The notes under the pieces were generated by a model. It saw nothing but the letters and a program-made list of their open reading frames with translations, made no database searches and was not told the DNA's origin. The position numbers were made by a program, and so were the translations under genes. This document shows positions 1 through 16,235 of a stretch of DNA of 64,000 nucleotides, piece by piece (within the stretch, counting starts at the first letter, position 1; every line of letters starts with the position of its first letter). Source of the DNA: the human T2T-CHM13v2.0 reference genome, Homo sapiens; assembly GCF_009914755.1 (NCBI RefSeq), contig NC_060930.1; one strand, 5' to 3'.

Positions 1-24
1 CTATACTGATTGAAGAAATTCCTA

Positions 25-421
25 CCCTGAGATAAAGTATTTCGTAAAGAAGTTTACTTAGAAGCCTCTGTAAGTTAATCTTTGAGGAAGTGGATGAGGC
101 TGGATTGGGAAGAGCAAGAAGCTAACCAGTAACGTGGTTGCCCGTGAGACCTCAGCCAATCACATAGGGAGCTTGGGAGCTAGGCTGGCCTTTCTCAGTT
201 GTCTCAAATTGAAGTAAGGCTGCTGCTTTGAATTTCTGCATCATGGAAAACTAATTGGCTACAGGGTGAAAATGCAACTTTGGGCTAGATATATCCCTTT
301 GGCCAAAGCAATTTCAATTGACATTTGAAGCTATAATCCATTAGTGGCCAAATTTTTTAGCAGCTAGTGGATATATTTGCCCTGAAGTAGGATTGGACAG
401 AACACAGCCATATTTGCTGCA
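25..421 (-). mobile_element. ERVL-class LTR, LTR16-like, decayed
   Basis: cctcagccaatcacatagggagcttgggagctaggctggcctttctcagttgtctcaaattga and the terminus ...cagccatatttgctgca resemble the reverse complement of the recalled LTR16 consensus. Confidence 0.6.
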
Positions 422-879
422 GGAAATAAGTTATGTGAGGAGGTGATAAATCTTTCAGAGAGAGATGAAGCAGGGCAAAAGTCTCTTCTGACTGAAAGGG
501 TCAGATTGTGGCAGAATGAGATTCAAGTACAAAATGGTTTTATGACACATACACTTTTTGAATGCTGGGCGTAAGTATTTTTTTTCAAGGAGACACTAAC
601 ATAATGTTATTTATCACAGAATAGTTCCCAGTATACAGTTTTACTGCTAATCTATAATTGTTTGTTACAATACTCACAATTTGTTAATTAAAAATAATAC
701 CCAATGAAATACTCAGGGCACAGTTTCTTAAATTGGATATGGCATTTTCTTTCACACCACTTTTTTAAACATTTCCGAGAGGTCTGCACTTCCTGGTGTG
801 TAACTCAATTCTTGCATTTTTTCCAATGAGCTTCCATAAGAATTTTTCTGAAAGGGAAGTATAACACGAAGTTGAAAAT

Positions 880-1105
880 ACGGTTTTTGCAGTTAGAATT
901 TTTTTGAATTCCAGATTTCCAACTTGACATTGGGCAGGAACTTAAACATTTAAGCCTCCATGTTTTTTTTTTCTTTGTAAATCTTTTTTCTTTGTAAATC
1001 AGAGTGATCTTGTTAATGATAAAAAAAAGTATAACTATGTTAAGTGCTTAGCATAGGACATGACACACAATAACCGTTCATTAAACTGTATATTTATAGT
1101 ATTAT
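880..1105 (+). mobile_element. MIR SINE remnant
   Basis: Degenerate MIR core (ttgggcaggaacttaaacatttaagcctc...ctttgtaaa) and 3' part (aagtgcttagcatagg...acacaataaccgttcattaaa...tattatt). Confidence 0.6.
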
Positions 1106-1505
1106 TCGTGATTTAAGTAGAAACAGCTGTAGCAGTAACAACATTGCCCTGATTCACTCTTGAGCAAGCTCTTCCAGCAGAACTCACTGTTTCTATTAAC
1201 TTTATGCGAATAAGTTTACCACAAAAGGACTGAATTAAACTGATCAACCATATATAGTTTTAGAATTTTGCCTAGTGCACAATTATACAGTGCTACAAAT
1301 CACCAACATGTTTTACACCTGTTTCTATGAGCTCAGTAGATTCTTAGTTATGCATACATGTTTATAAATAGTTAATTTAGTAATTAAATTTAATTGTACT
1401 ATGAACTCATTAAAAATACCAAAATGTAGTACCAGTTATCGGAAATTTTTAGAACAAATATTTATATGCATGATATCAGAATACAAATTTTAAATGTGAA
1501 CAGGA

Positions 1506-1535
1506 CAGGTGATGCATGCATGTTACCATGGCGAC
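1506..1535. promoter_or_regulatory. Candidate RFX X-box (GTTACCATGGCGAC, 1522-1535) with adjacent E-box CAGGTG
   Basis: Motif match to the palindromic X-box GTTRCCATGGYAAC (13/14), in non-repeat sequence. No functional evidence. Confidence 0.35.
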
Positions 1536-2747
1536 CTTGTAGAAAGACTTTATTTCAGTGCTTAGCACCACACCAAAAAAGTGTCCTTTCTAAACCAATG
1601 ATTCTGTGATAGAGGCACCTGTGGAGTTTATCATTTGAATTTAAGAAATCAGAAAAAAAAGTGATTTTGCCTCCTCTAGTGAAATTTCTACCTTATTGCC
1701 TGAAAAGGAAATAAAGTGGTTCTTATGAATGATTTATTCTGAACAAATCACTGTAATATAAATGGAATAATCTTTGGAGAATGAAGAGGCCCTGGGCAGT
1801 AGCCTGTTGAAGCAAAAATAACAAATAGAGGTGGGTACTTTTGCTTTAGTTCCATAAGGGCAGAGAAACTAATGATTGACTCTAAAAGAAAATTCTACAT
1901 TTCAGACCACCTAAAGATTCTGGGAAGCAAAATAAAATGTAACTTATAAAGATAGAGAACTAAATCTGGTCATTTTGAAGAGAATTTTAATTTTAAATTT
2001 AGATGGCGTCTACTGGGCCCTAGAAAAGTTATTCCCTAATTTTTAATGATTTTCTTTTCCTCTGAACTAGTTACAAAATAGAACATTTACTATTAACACC
2101 ATTTAAAAATCACTATAGAATAAGTACATAATTTTCTCTTGGCTGCAATTCTGTATTAATTATTTTTATATAATGCTGAGAATATAGTAGATGTTCAATA
2201 CTTATCTGCTTTAATGATTGAATTAAGACTTTTGGGATACCTGAAATATTTGTAGTATTGGAAAACAGCTAAAAAAGATGCCAAACAAGAAGTCTACATA
2301 GTGAGCTTTGTTTTTTTAAACTCTATAATAGTATTCATATTTGGACCAATCTCTGTTCTGATCATATCTCCTACATCATACCACTATATCATATTCTCAA
2401 GGCAAATTGCAGACACAAGATTTTTATAGTTAATGGTTTTCATGACATATGAGAGAAATACACTTATATCCCCGGGACCGACATATTGAGGAGTTGAGAA
2501 ATTACAAGTCTCTCATTACACAACATCCCTTTGGAGCTAGGAAGTGTTTATTCTTGAGAATCATATGAGAATTATATCCATGCACCAGGAAAACCTAATT
2601 TGGACAATGAATTGCTTTTCAGACATGCAGAAAAACCTGCTTGGACAATAAATTGATTCAAATCAAGAATAAAGCATTTATTTAATGGCAGAATATATAT
2701 CTCATATTGACTCTATTGTATTTAGAACCTTGAGCACCTCGATTCCT

Positions 2748-2858
2748 CTATATACATATATTTCCTACTTGCCTATATATAGTTACATATATACATGTCT
2801 TACATATATACATATATATATACACACACACATACACACACTTACATACATACACATA
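2748..2858. repeat. (TA)n/(CA)n mixed microsatellite
   Basis: tatatacatatatatatacacacacacatacacaca... seen directly. Confidence 0.85.
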
Positions 2859-2929
2859 TTTCTTACTAGGAAAACATCAACATATAGAATTTTCTGATTT
2901 ATTGGGTTTACTGCATTCTGAAGGATAGA

Positions 2930-5290
2930 ACCCCATACTGGGAGAGTATTGCCTTTGAACTAGTGCTTCTATCATGCTTTCGATAGATCTTCCCTATGAA
3001 CTATCAGGCCAGCAGATTCTGGGTAGCCCAAAAGTTATATCATGAAGTGACTCCTATTTTACAAGCTTAGTTCTGCATCCGATTTGCTATAAAGTACATT
3101 TGCTAGCCTGATGGAACATTAAGTAGGATACAATTCTTACGGTTCAAATTCTCTGTAAAACATTAGGTTGTAGTGCCAACTGAGGCCCATACAAACTCAA
3201 CCACAGAGTAATTTTCTAAAAAAAAAAAAAAAAAAAAAAGCTGTTTCTAGGGTTGAAGAGTTCCAATGTAGTCAAACTGAAATCATGAGGACAGTGGATC
3301 TCTTCAAGACATTGAAGCACATCATAGGCATAGTGTTAGTGTCTGTTGCTAGGATAGTAGAGATCTAGAAGTAGCAGCAGAAAGCCTTACCTTGGTAACA
3401 AGGGGTATGAATTTGCACCAGTAAGTCCTGTCTCTGCTACTGTGGCCATTTTCTTCACATGTCCATTATGCCAGCACAACAGACAGTCTGTTGTCAACTG
3501 GTCTGATCATTTGTTAATTTGGTTGGTTAGTTCATATTTTTTGAGGGATGTTCACTGGTCCACTTTTGCCTACTTTCATATATTCATCCATATACATCTA
3601 CCTTTGACCTTCTTGATACTGGATTTTCCATTTCCCCACCCCCCAAGCCCTGACCAGCTTGCTAACGAATTTATCTCTGTTTATGAGTTCATATATTATA
3701 AACATGGCCCACAAAAATGTGCACCCTCTGAAGTTATGCCTATCAGGAGGATTTTCTCTTGTTAATATCTTTCAACATTACTTCTGATTAAGGCTCTAGT
3801 ACAGTTCCTATTCATTTGTGAAAGGCTTTCATAAAGTAAGCCAACTAATTCATAGATTATGTGCAGGCCTTTTCCTCTTTCTTCAACTGGTGAGGTAGGA
3901 TCTGAAATATAGTTAAAATTATGAGCTGAGTGAAGGCCTCTGATACAACAGTGGAATATGGCATGAATCTCTGGACTTCCTAGTCATGCAATTTTTGTTT
4001 CCTTCAGTTCTTACGTTGCTTAATCCTGGAAAAACCAACTCCATCATACTATGGATTGTTACTGTCCTCAGATCTTATTACTCAATGGATCTGACAGTAC
4101 ATGGATCATAATTTATAGCACCAGCTGCACATGGGCACTTGATGTCCTATAATGAGGCTTTCTGTTTATATCAGGGCTCAGTAGGTCTCAGAAGCTTTTT
4201 CTTAAAAGGCTCTTAATTTTCTGCTAGAGGGTCAGGAATTTGCTACATAAATCATCAACTTGCATTATGGATCTCCTCCGGGGGATCCACAAAATGTACA
4301 CAATTGCCACAAATTGTGCACCCCCTTTTTTCCGACAACCACCAACACCTCCAAAAGAATGTTTAAGAGTTGCTTTCCTGGCCACCCAGATTTGCTGCAG
4401 AGCAGGGCTCCACCCAAAAGCAGGCACATTTTTTTTTTATCTCCCCATATATGATCCAGGGTATTATTCTTAGATGTGCAATGTACTGCCTCCAGCATTC
4501 AAAGTGCCCCACCAATTTTGACACTACTTCGATGTATAAAGTATAAATTGCAATATTTTTTACCTTGAAAAGGATGTCCCAGCACACTGCTGACCATTTT
4601 AACCCCCCAAATTTGATGTAGTTTTAGATCCATGATTCTTCAAAGAGTTTATTTTATACTCTCTAGAGTACTATATCTCATAAAGACTTCCAGTAAGCTA
4701 GCCACTTCTCACTCATCCTGCCAATCAACCTCATGTCTCTAATGTAATGCATCCATATGAAGCTCTAAGGGATGCGCAGCCACTCCAGATCTCTTTATAC
4801 CAAGTCAAAATTCAGAAAAATTAAACTAGCCCTTAATAAAAACCATAAAATATTTTCAATTAATTAACTTTATTGGCATACAATTGTATGCATTTATCAT
4901 GTATAACACAGTGTTGTGAAGTATATGCACATGGTGGTAGTTAAATCTGGTTAATTAACAAGTGTTTTCCTTCGTAGTGTTATCATCTTTTTACTGAGAA
5001 CACAACATCCACTCTGTCAACATTTTTTAATAAAACAATGTATTGTCTTTAACTATGAGCACCATGCTGTACAGTAGATCCCTTTAACTTATTCCTCCTA
5101 TCTAACTGTAGTTACAGATCCTTTGAGCAACATCTCCCTAAATGTGACTGTAAACTCTTTCTACTTCTCTTTTCTGCTTGGAATAGAAAACAGTACATTC
5201 ACCAAATCAATGGGCAGTGCATCTCTTTGTCTACTTTTCCATGGTACTTAGGAACAGATTAATATTGTAGAAGCAATGATCATTTTGAGT
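2930..5290 (-). pseudogene. Decayed ERVL-class endogenous retrovirus pol (RT-RNaseH-integrase), interrupted by an L1 fragment
   Basis: Minus-strand translations: IDLVNVLFSIP (~5180-5211; cf. HERV-L IDLANAFFSIP), HYIRDMRLIG (~4720-4749; cf. HYIDDIMLIG), LVGHFECWRQYIAHL (ORF 4363-4587; cf. LVGLFGFWRQHIPHL), AFGWSPALQQ (ORF 4224-4427), WTCEENGHSSRD (3430-3465; cf. integrase WAHEQSGHGGRD). All are collinear; many stops and frameshifts. Confidence 0.85.
4850..5140 (-). mobile_element. L1MA (MA7/8-like) 3' end fragment inserted in ERVL pol
   Basis: aattgtatgcatttatcatgtataac...caccatgctgtacagtagatccctttaacttattcctcctatctaactg...gagcaacatctccc matches the antisense L1MA 3'UTR. Confidence 0.75.
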
Positions 5291-5389
5291 CCATATTTAA
5301 TCAATAACAAATATTAGCCAACCTAGCATTATGTGAAACATTAATGCCGAAAGCATTCCTGACACTACGGAAACAACCAAACTTTCTAA

Positions 5390-5746
<357 letters not shown>

Positions 5747-7119
5747 AAAAATTAATTTAAAATACATACATGTATTAGTATAGAAAATATATATGTGTAT
5801 GAGTGTTCAAAGTTATAATTTCTGAGGAATTTTCAAACAAAACAACATGCTTAAAGTTGCCCTGAAAACATAGAAGGTCTGCAGAAAGTTCAAAAGAGTG
5901 AATGCCATTTCAGACCGAGAAAATGTATCAGTACCAGTGTAAAAGTAACTAATTTATACATACATCAAGCAATTATTTTGCAACTTGTATATCATGCAAT
6001 TTTGTATATCATGCACAATTATAAACACATTATATATATGATAAAATTTAATTATCTCAATGACTCTTTAAGGCATTTTTGTATCTTTAGTATATAAACA
6101 AAATGAAATATTTCTGGAGGGTTTAATTAACCGTAAGTTTCCAGCTAGAGAGTAACAAAGCTCAACAGATCTCTCAAAAAATTCAGCTTGCCTCTTTTGA
6201 TTAAAAATCAACTTTTCTTTTTCTCACTGAATTGATGTTGCATGGCATTTTATTTCCCCAACTTGTTCTAATTACAACTAGAACAATTGATTGCCAGTCA
6301 AATGCATGATACTTCACAACAAACACACTCAGTTCAGTGTTTGCCCAAGATTCTTTTCAGGCAAGATATTAAAGTTTGTGTCATCATTTTCTCTTAGATC
6401 CCCTACCACTATGCTGTTCACAGAAGTCTAAGCTGAATAAAGGTAAAACTTATTACTCTATATGAGTCAAAATTTTGTAGCATCTTTAAGTAGACAGCAG
6501 CAAGTGCAATATACTAGGGATGATTTAAATGATGAAGAATATTATTACTGTCCTCTTTAGACTACAGTGATCTAAATAAGTGTCCTTTGGATCTACCTGG
6601 CTTTTTCAGCGTTGTCAGAATTCTTTCTTTCTAAATTGGGAATCAAATCCATCAGCTTCAGGTAATAATAGAATAATGAATGTCTTAAATTATGGAAAAC
6701 TTGACATTTTATGTTTAGTAGTATTGAAGATACTTTTAAGGAAGCTTAAAATTTATCAAACAACCCTGAAGTTGTTTGATAAATATTTTAAAATCAATAC
6801 TTTTGTAAAGTTATCATTAGATAGGCTTCACAAGTGTTAGGTAGATATTGAAATCCTTTAAATCGGGGAATATTTTTGTCAAATTTGTAATTTGATAGCC
6901 ATTTTTTCTGACCGAACATGTGGCTATTTAGCAAAAGAATCAACTCTGGATTGCTTCTCTGTCATAGAACTTTATTCTGGGGGAATGGTAAAAATGGCTA
7001 AATTTTGTGCATCATCTATGTGATGAAGCTTTAACATCCAATACGAATAAGACATTATTCTTCCCATCAAAGTAAGAATTGATACTTCACTAAGATATTC
7101 AAATATTTGTTAATTTATG

Positions 7120-9455
<2,336 letters not shown>

Positions 9456-9514
9456 ACATCAAAATGATGCTCTCTCTTCATACGCATAAATGTTTATGAA
9501 GAAAACAAGAGTGC

Positions 9515-9790
9515 CTATATATACATATGTACATGTATATGCATAAAGGTATATATTCATATGTGTATGTATATGTACACATTTATATATATAAATTTAT
9601 ATGTATGTGTATGCATGTATATATAAACGTATACATGTATATATAAATGTATATATGTATACATATATGTGTGTATGAATGTATATATAAAATATAAAAA
9701 TTCATATGTAAATCTATATATGCATATGTATATATATGAATTTATATATACAAATTTATTTATATATAAATGTGTACATATACATACATA
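9515..9790. repeat. TA/TG-rich low-complexity tract containing a 28-bp perfect inverted repeat
   Basis: 9564-9591 is the exact reverse complement of 9761-9788. Confidence 0.85.
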
Positions 9791-9921
9791 GATTGTGTTT
9801 TATTTACCATAAATATCACTCTCCTTTAACACATGTCATTCAGTACATTTAGTCATTTACAAGCTTGTGAAACTATCACCACTCTCTAATTCTCAAATAT
9901 TATCATCATCTCCTCACTCTC

Positions 9922-10288
9922 TGTCTTAGTCAATTTTATGTTGCTATAACAGAGTAACACAGACTAGGTACTCCATAAAGAATAGAGGTTTATTTAGCTT
10001 AAATTTCTGGAGACTGGGAAGCCCAAGAGCATGGCATTGGCATCTTGTGAGAGAATTCTCACCGTGTCATAACATAAAGGAGGCATTACAAAGCAAAAAG
10101 GCAAGAACAAGAAAACGAATGAGAGCTCACTTTTGTGACAAAGGCATTCCCTGGATAATACACCCACTCTTGTCAAAATGACATTAATCCATTTATGAGA
10201 ATAGAGCCCTTATTAACGCTTTATTTATGAAGACAGAGAAATTAAGTTTCCCACACAAAGTTTTAGAGCACACATTCAAACCATAGCA
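9922..10288 (-). mobile_element. MaLR solo LTR (MSTC/MSTD-like)
   Basis: Starts tgtcttagtcaattttatgttgctataacaga and ends cacattcaaaccatagca, the typical antisense MST/MLT1A termini. Confidence 0.8.
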
Positions 10289-10592
10289 TGCCCTCCAAAA
10301 TCTGTACCAAATTCTAGTCACACACCATTCCTACCTCCATCAAGTAATCTAACTTTTATCTCTACAATTTTGCCTGTTCTGAAGATTTCATGTAAACTAA
10401 ATCATATGATAAGAAAATTTGTTTTCGTTGAATTATTGATCTTACCATGTTTTCAAGGTTCATCAACATTGTAACATGTATTAATGCTTTATTCCTTTTT
10501 AAGGTAGGTAGATAGATAGGCACACACATATATACTTGATTAACATTTGTGTTGTTTTTACTTTTGGACTGTTATGAATAAGGTTGCTATAA

Positions 10593-10978
<386 letters not shown>

Positions 10979-11848
10979 CAAAAGTGCTTTTAATGTGCTG
11001 ATTTCCATCAGCAACTTATGAGATATCTGATTTCTACATGTTCTCGCCTACATTTGGTTAGCTTTACTATCTCTTTGATGTTTGGCAGGACATATATTTT
11101 CAGGTTTAAGTTCTAACTTTAAAAAAGAGTACTAGTAGCTCCTGATCTACTGTTACTATTTCATAGAGTTAAATAAGATATACTTATCTTTTATTTTATA
11201 TTTCTTTAACTTGGCGGAGAAATTGTTATTGCATGTCTTTTCTGTTATAGTCATACTAATAGGTGTAAAGTGGCATCTCATGTGCTTCTGAGTTGTGACT
11301 TCATAATAACTAATGATGATGAACATCTTTTCATGTGCTTATTAGCCATTTGTTTATATTCTTTGGGGAAATATCTACTTTGCCCATTAAAAAATAGATT
11401 TTTTTATAGAACAGTTTTAGGTTAACAGCAAAATTGACCAGGAAGTACAGAGAGCCCCATATCCTACCTACACCCACATATATGCAACCTCTGTCATGTG
11501 GAAACCAGCACCAAAGTGGTATGTTTTGTTTCACCTACAATTAGACATTGTTATTACCCAAAGCCCATAGTTTACATAAATGTTTCTCTTGATGTACATG
11601 GTTTTTAAGAAATGTATAATTACATGTGTGCACCATTCTAGTATTAAAAACTGTAGTTTCACTGTCTCAAGAATCCTCTATGATCTGTCTATTTGTATCT
11701 CTTTCTCCCGCACCCTTGGCAACCAGTGACCTTTTTTATGACTCCAAAGTTTTGTTTTTTCCAGAGTTTCATATAGTTTAAAACACACAATATGTAACAT
11801 TTTCAGATTCACTTCTTTCACTTAGTAATATGCATTTAAAGATCTTCC

Positions 11849-11967
11849 AGCCAAGCATGGTGGCTCATGCTTGTAATCCCAGCAATTTGAGAGGCTGAGG
11901 CAGGTGGATCATTCGAGGTCAGGAGTTTGAGACCAGCAAAATCTCCATCTCTACTTAAAAAAAAAAT
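11849..11967 (+). mobile_element. Alu left monomer (truncated Alu/FLAM)
   Basis: agccaagcatggtggctcatgcttgtaatcccagca...ggagtttgagaccagc...ctctacttaaaa. Confidence 0.85.
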
Positions 11968-12687
11968 TCTATATTTTTTCTTGGCTTGATAGTTTATAAT
12001 ATTCCATTGTTTACATGTGCAACTGTTCATTCATCTACTGAAGAATGTCTTGATTCCCTTCAAGTTTTGGCAATCATGAATAAAGTTTCTACAGGTATCT
12101 GAATGCAGGTTGCTGTGTAGGTAAGTTTTCAATTTATTTGGGTAAATACCAAGAAGCATGATTACTGAATTGTTTTGTAATAGCACATTTGCTTTTGTAA
12201 GAAACTGCCAAACTGTCCCAAAATGGCTATAGTATTTTACATTCCCACTGCCAAAGAAAGGGAGTTCTTGTTGCTCCACATTCTGCCCAGCATTTGGTAC
12301 CAGATTTTTAAATTTTGGCTATTCTAATAGATGTATAATGTTATCTTATTGTTTTTTAATTTGCATTTCCCTAATGACATATACTGTGGAACATCTTCTA
12401 TATACTTATCATCTGTATATCTTCTTTGCTGAGGTGTGTGCTAATTTTTACTAGTTTGTTCATTTTCCTATTGTTGAATTTTAAGAGTTCTTTGTACATT
12501 TTGAATAAGACTTTCATCACATATGTCTTTTGGAATTGTGTTCTCTCACTCTGTTTCTTGCCCTCTTATTATCTTGACATTGCCTTTTATACATCAGAAA
12601 TGTTTATTTTAATAAGTCAAGATAATCAATTATTTATTTCAGGATTTTATTTTTTGCTTTTGGTGTTGTATCTAAGAAACCACTACC

Positions 12688-13133
<446 letters not shown>

Positions 13134-14723
13134 CTAGATTTATTTATTTTTGTATATAGATGTTCAATTTTTCCAGTGCCATTTGTTGAAAATACTATCA
13201 TTTTCACATTGTATTTCATCTGCTCTTTTTCCTAAAGACCAAATAATTTTATTTTTGTAGGTCTATTTCTGGACTTTCCATTATTTTTAGTCTATTTTTC
13301 TGTTTGTTTTTTTCTTAATCATTACCACATTTTCTTGTACACTTACTGCAGATTTATAGTAAGTCTTAAAGTCGCATAGTGTCATTCCTCCAGTTTTATT
13401 CTTATTCAATATTGAATTGTTCATATCTTAGTGGTAAAGCTTCAGTGTTTTAGCAATAACAAACGTGTTAAAGGTGAGTTTTTAAAATAGATAGCTTCAT
13501 CTCTTAGACAAGGTCCATTCCTGGTTTATTGAGAATTTATCATGAAATAATATTGAATATTATTAAATGCTTTTTACTGGGTCTATTGAGAGGATCATGT
13601 GGTTTTTATCTCATTATTTATAATGGCTTATTACAATGATTGATAATTGTACATTGAGACAAACTTTTATTCCTTGAATAAATCCCACTTTGTAGTGGTA
13701 TATAATCTTTTTATATGTTGCTGGAATGTGACTTTCTAATGTTTTATTGAGGATTTTTAATTTACATGTATGAGAACATGGGTTTGTAGTTTTCTTTCCT
13801 TGTGATGTCTTTTGCAGGTTTTAGTATCAAGCAAAAGCAGGCCTCATAGAATACATTTTGAAGGGTTCCCCCATTCCTATTTTCTGAAAATATCTGTGAA
13901 AAATTGACATTAATTTTTCTAATTAAATCTTAGTTATATGAATTAAATATTCTTCAAATATTTGATAGAATTCACCAGTAAACTCAACTGAGCCTGGGCT
14001 TTAAATTGTTGGAAGTCTTTTCATTACTAAATGAATCTCTTTCACTGTTGTAAGTCTATTTTTAATGGTTCTTAATTTTTTATTAATATAGAAGAGATGT
14101 ACATATTTTGTGGGTACATGTGATGTTTAGACATTCATCTAATGTCTAATTACAAAATCAGGGTAATTGGGATATCTATCCCATTAAACTTTTATTTTTA
14201 TGAATGTTAGGAACATTTGAATTATTTACTGTTTGGCATTTTAAATATCCAATAAATTGTCATTTATTATAGTCACTCTGTGATTTATCAAACACTAGAT
14301 TTTTTTTTTATCTAACTGCACTTTGTACCCACTATCAACCTCTCTTCACTTCCCTTCTCCCAACCCTTCCTGGAGGGAGTGGCAATGTACTCCCTGTCTT
14401 CATGAGATGCACTTTCTTAGCTCCCAAATAGGAGTGAGAACATATAATCTTTGTCTCTCTGTGCTTGCCCAATTTCACTTAATATAACGACCTCCAGTTC
14501 AATCCATATTGCTACAAATGACAAGTTTTTATTCTTTTTTATGGCTGAGTAGTATTCCATTGTGTATATATACAAATTTTCTTATCCTTTCATCCTTTGA
14601 TGAGCACTTAGGTTGATTCTACATGTTTGCTACTGTGAATAATTTTGCAATAGACATGGGAATGCAGATAAATAGATTTTATTTATTTTGGTTGTATACC
14701 CAGTAGTAAAATTGTATGGTAGG

Positions 14724-14902
14724 TTTTTTGTTTGTTTGTTTGTTTGTTTGTTTTTAAGACAGGGCCTTGGTCTGTTACCAAGGCTGGAATGAAGTGGTGC
14801 AATCTTGGTTGACTGCAACCCGTGCCTCCTGGGTTGAAGCAATCCTCCCACCTCGGCCTCCCAAAGTGCTGGAATTATAGGCGTGAGCCACCACACCCAG
14901 CC
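14724..14902 (-). mobile_element. Alu monomer (FRAM-like or arm-recombined AluJ)
   Basis: (TTTG)n tail; right-arm 3' half joined to left-arm 5' half (aagcaatcctcccacctcggcctcccaaagtgctgg). Confidence 0.8.
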
Positions 14903-14969
14903 CAGATGTTAGTTCTATTTGTAGACTGTGGAGGAAACTCCTTACTGTTTTTCATAGTGGTCAGGCTAA

Positions 14970-15345
<376 letters not shown>

Positions 15346-15521
15346 TTCTTGCCAGCATCTGTTATTGCCTGCATTTTCGATAAAGGTCATTTCAACTGGG
15401 GTGAGATGATTTCTCACTGTGGTCTTAATTTTCATTTCTCTGATGATTAGTGATGTTGAGCATTTTTAAAATAAAGCTGTTAGTCATTCACGTGTCTTTA
15501 TTCAGGAAATGTCTACTTAGA

Positions 15522-15820
15522 TTTTTATTATTTATTTATTTTGAGATAATGCCTTGCTCTGTCACCCAGGCAGGAGTGCAGTAGCATAACAATGACTCAC
15601 TGAATCCTCTACCCCCAAGGCAAAAGTGATTATCCCACTTCCATCTCCCTAGTGACTGGAACTACAGGCGCATGCCACCATGCCTGGCGAATTATTTATT
15701 TTTATAGAGAAGGGATCTTACTGTTGCCAGGGCTGGTCTCAAACTCCTGAGCTTAAGTGATTATCTGGTCTTGGCCTTGCAAAGTGTTGGGATTACAGGC
15801 TTGTGCCATCATGCCTGACG
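15522..15820 (-). mobile_element. AluJ
   Basis: Highly diverged dimer with (TTTA)n tail and J-type aactcctgagcttaagtgat. Confidence 0.85.
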
Positions 15821-15899
15821 TTTTGCTCATTTTTAAATTGCATCATTTATTTATTTTGCAAATGAGCTATTTGAGTTTCTTTTATATTTTGGTTATTAA

Positions 15900-16235
<336 letters not shown>

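Noticed and set aside
3218-3239. Isolated A22 run as a truncated retro-insertion or processed pseudogene tail
   Set aside because: No convincing TSD or upstream body; slippage expansion is sufficient.
6520-6620. ATGATGA as a C box of a C/D snoRNA
   Set aside because: No CTGA D box or terminal stem at a suitable distance.
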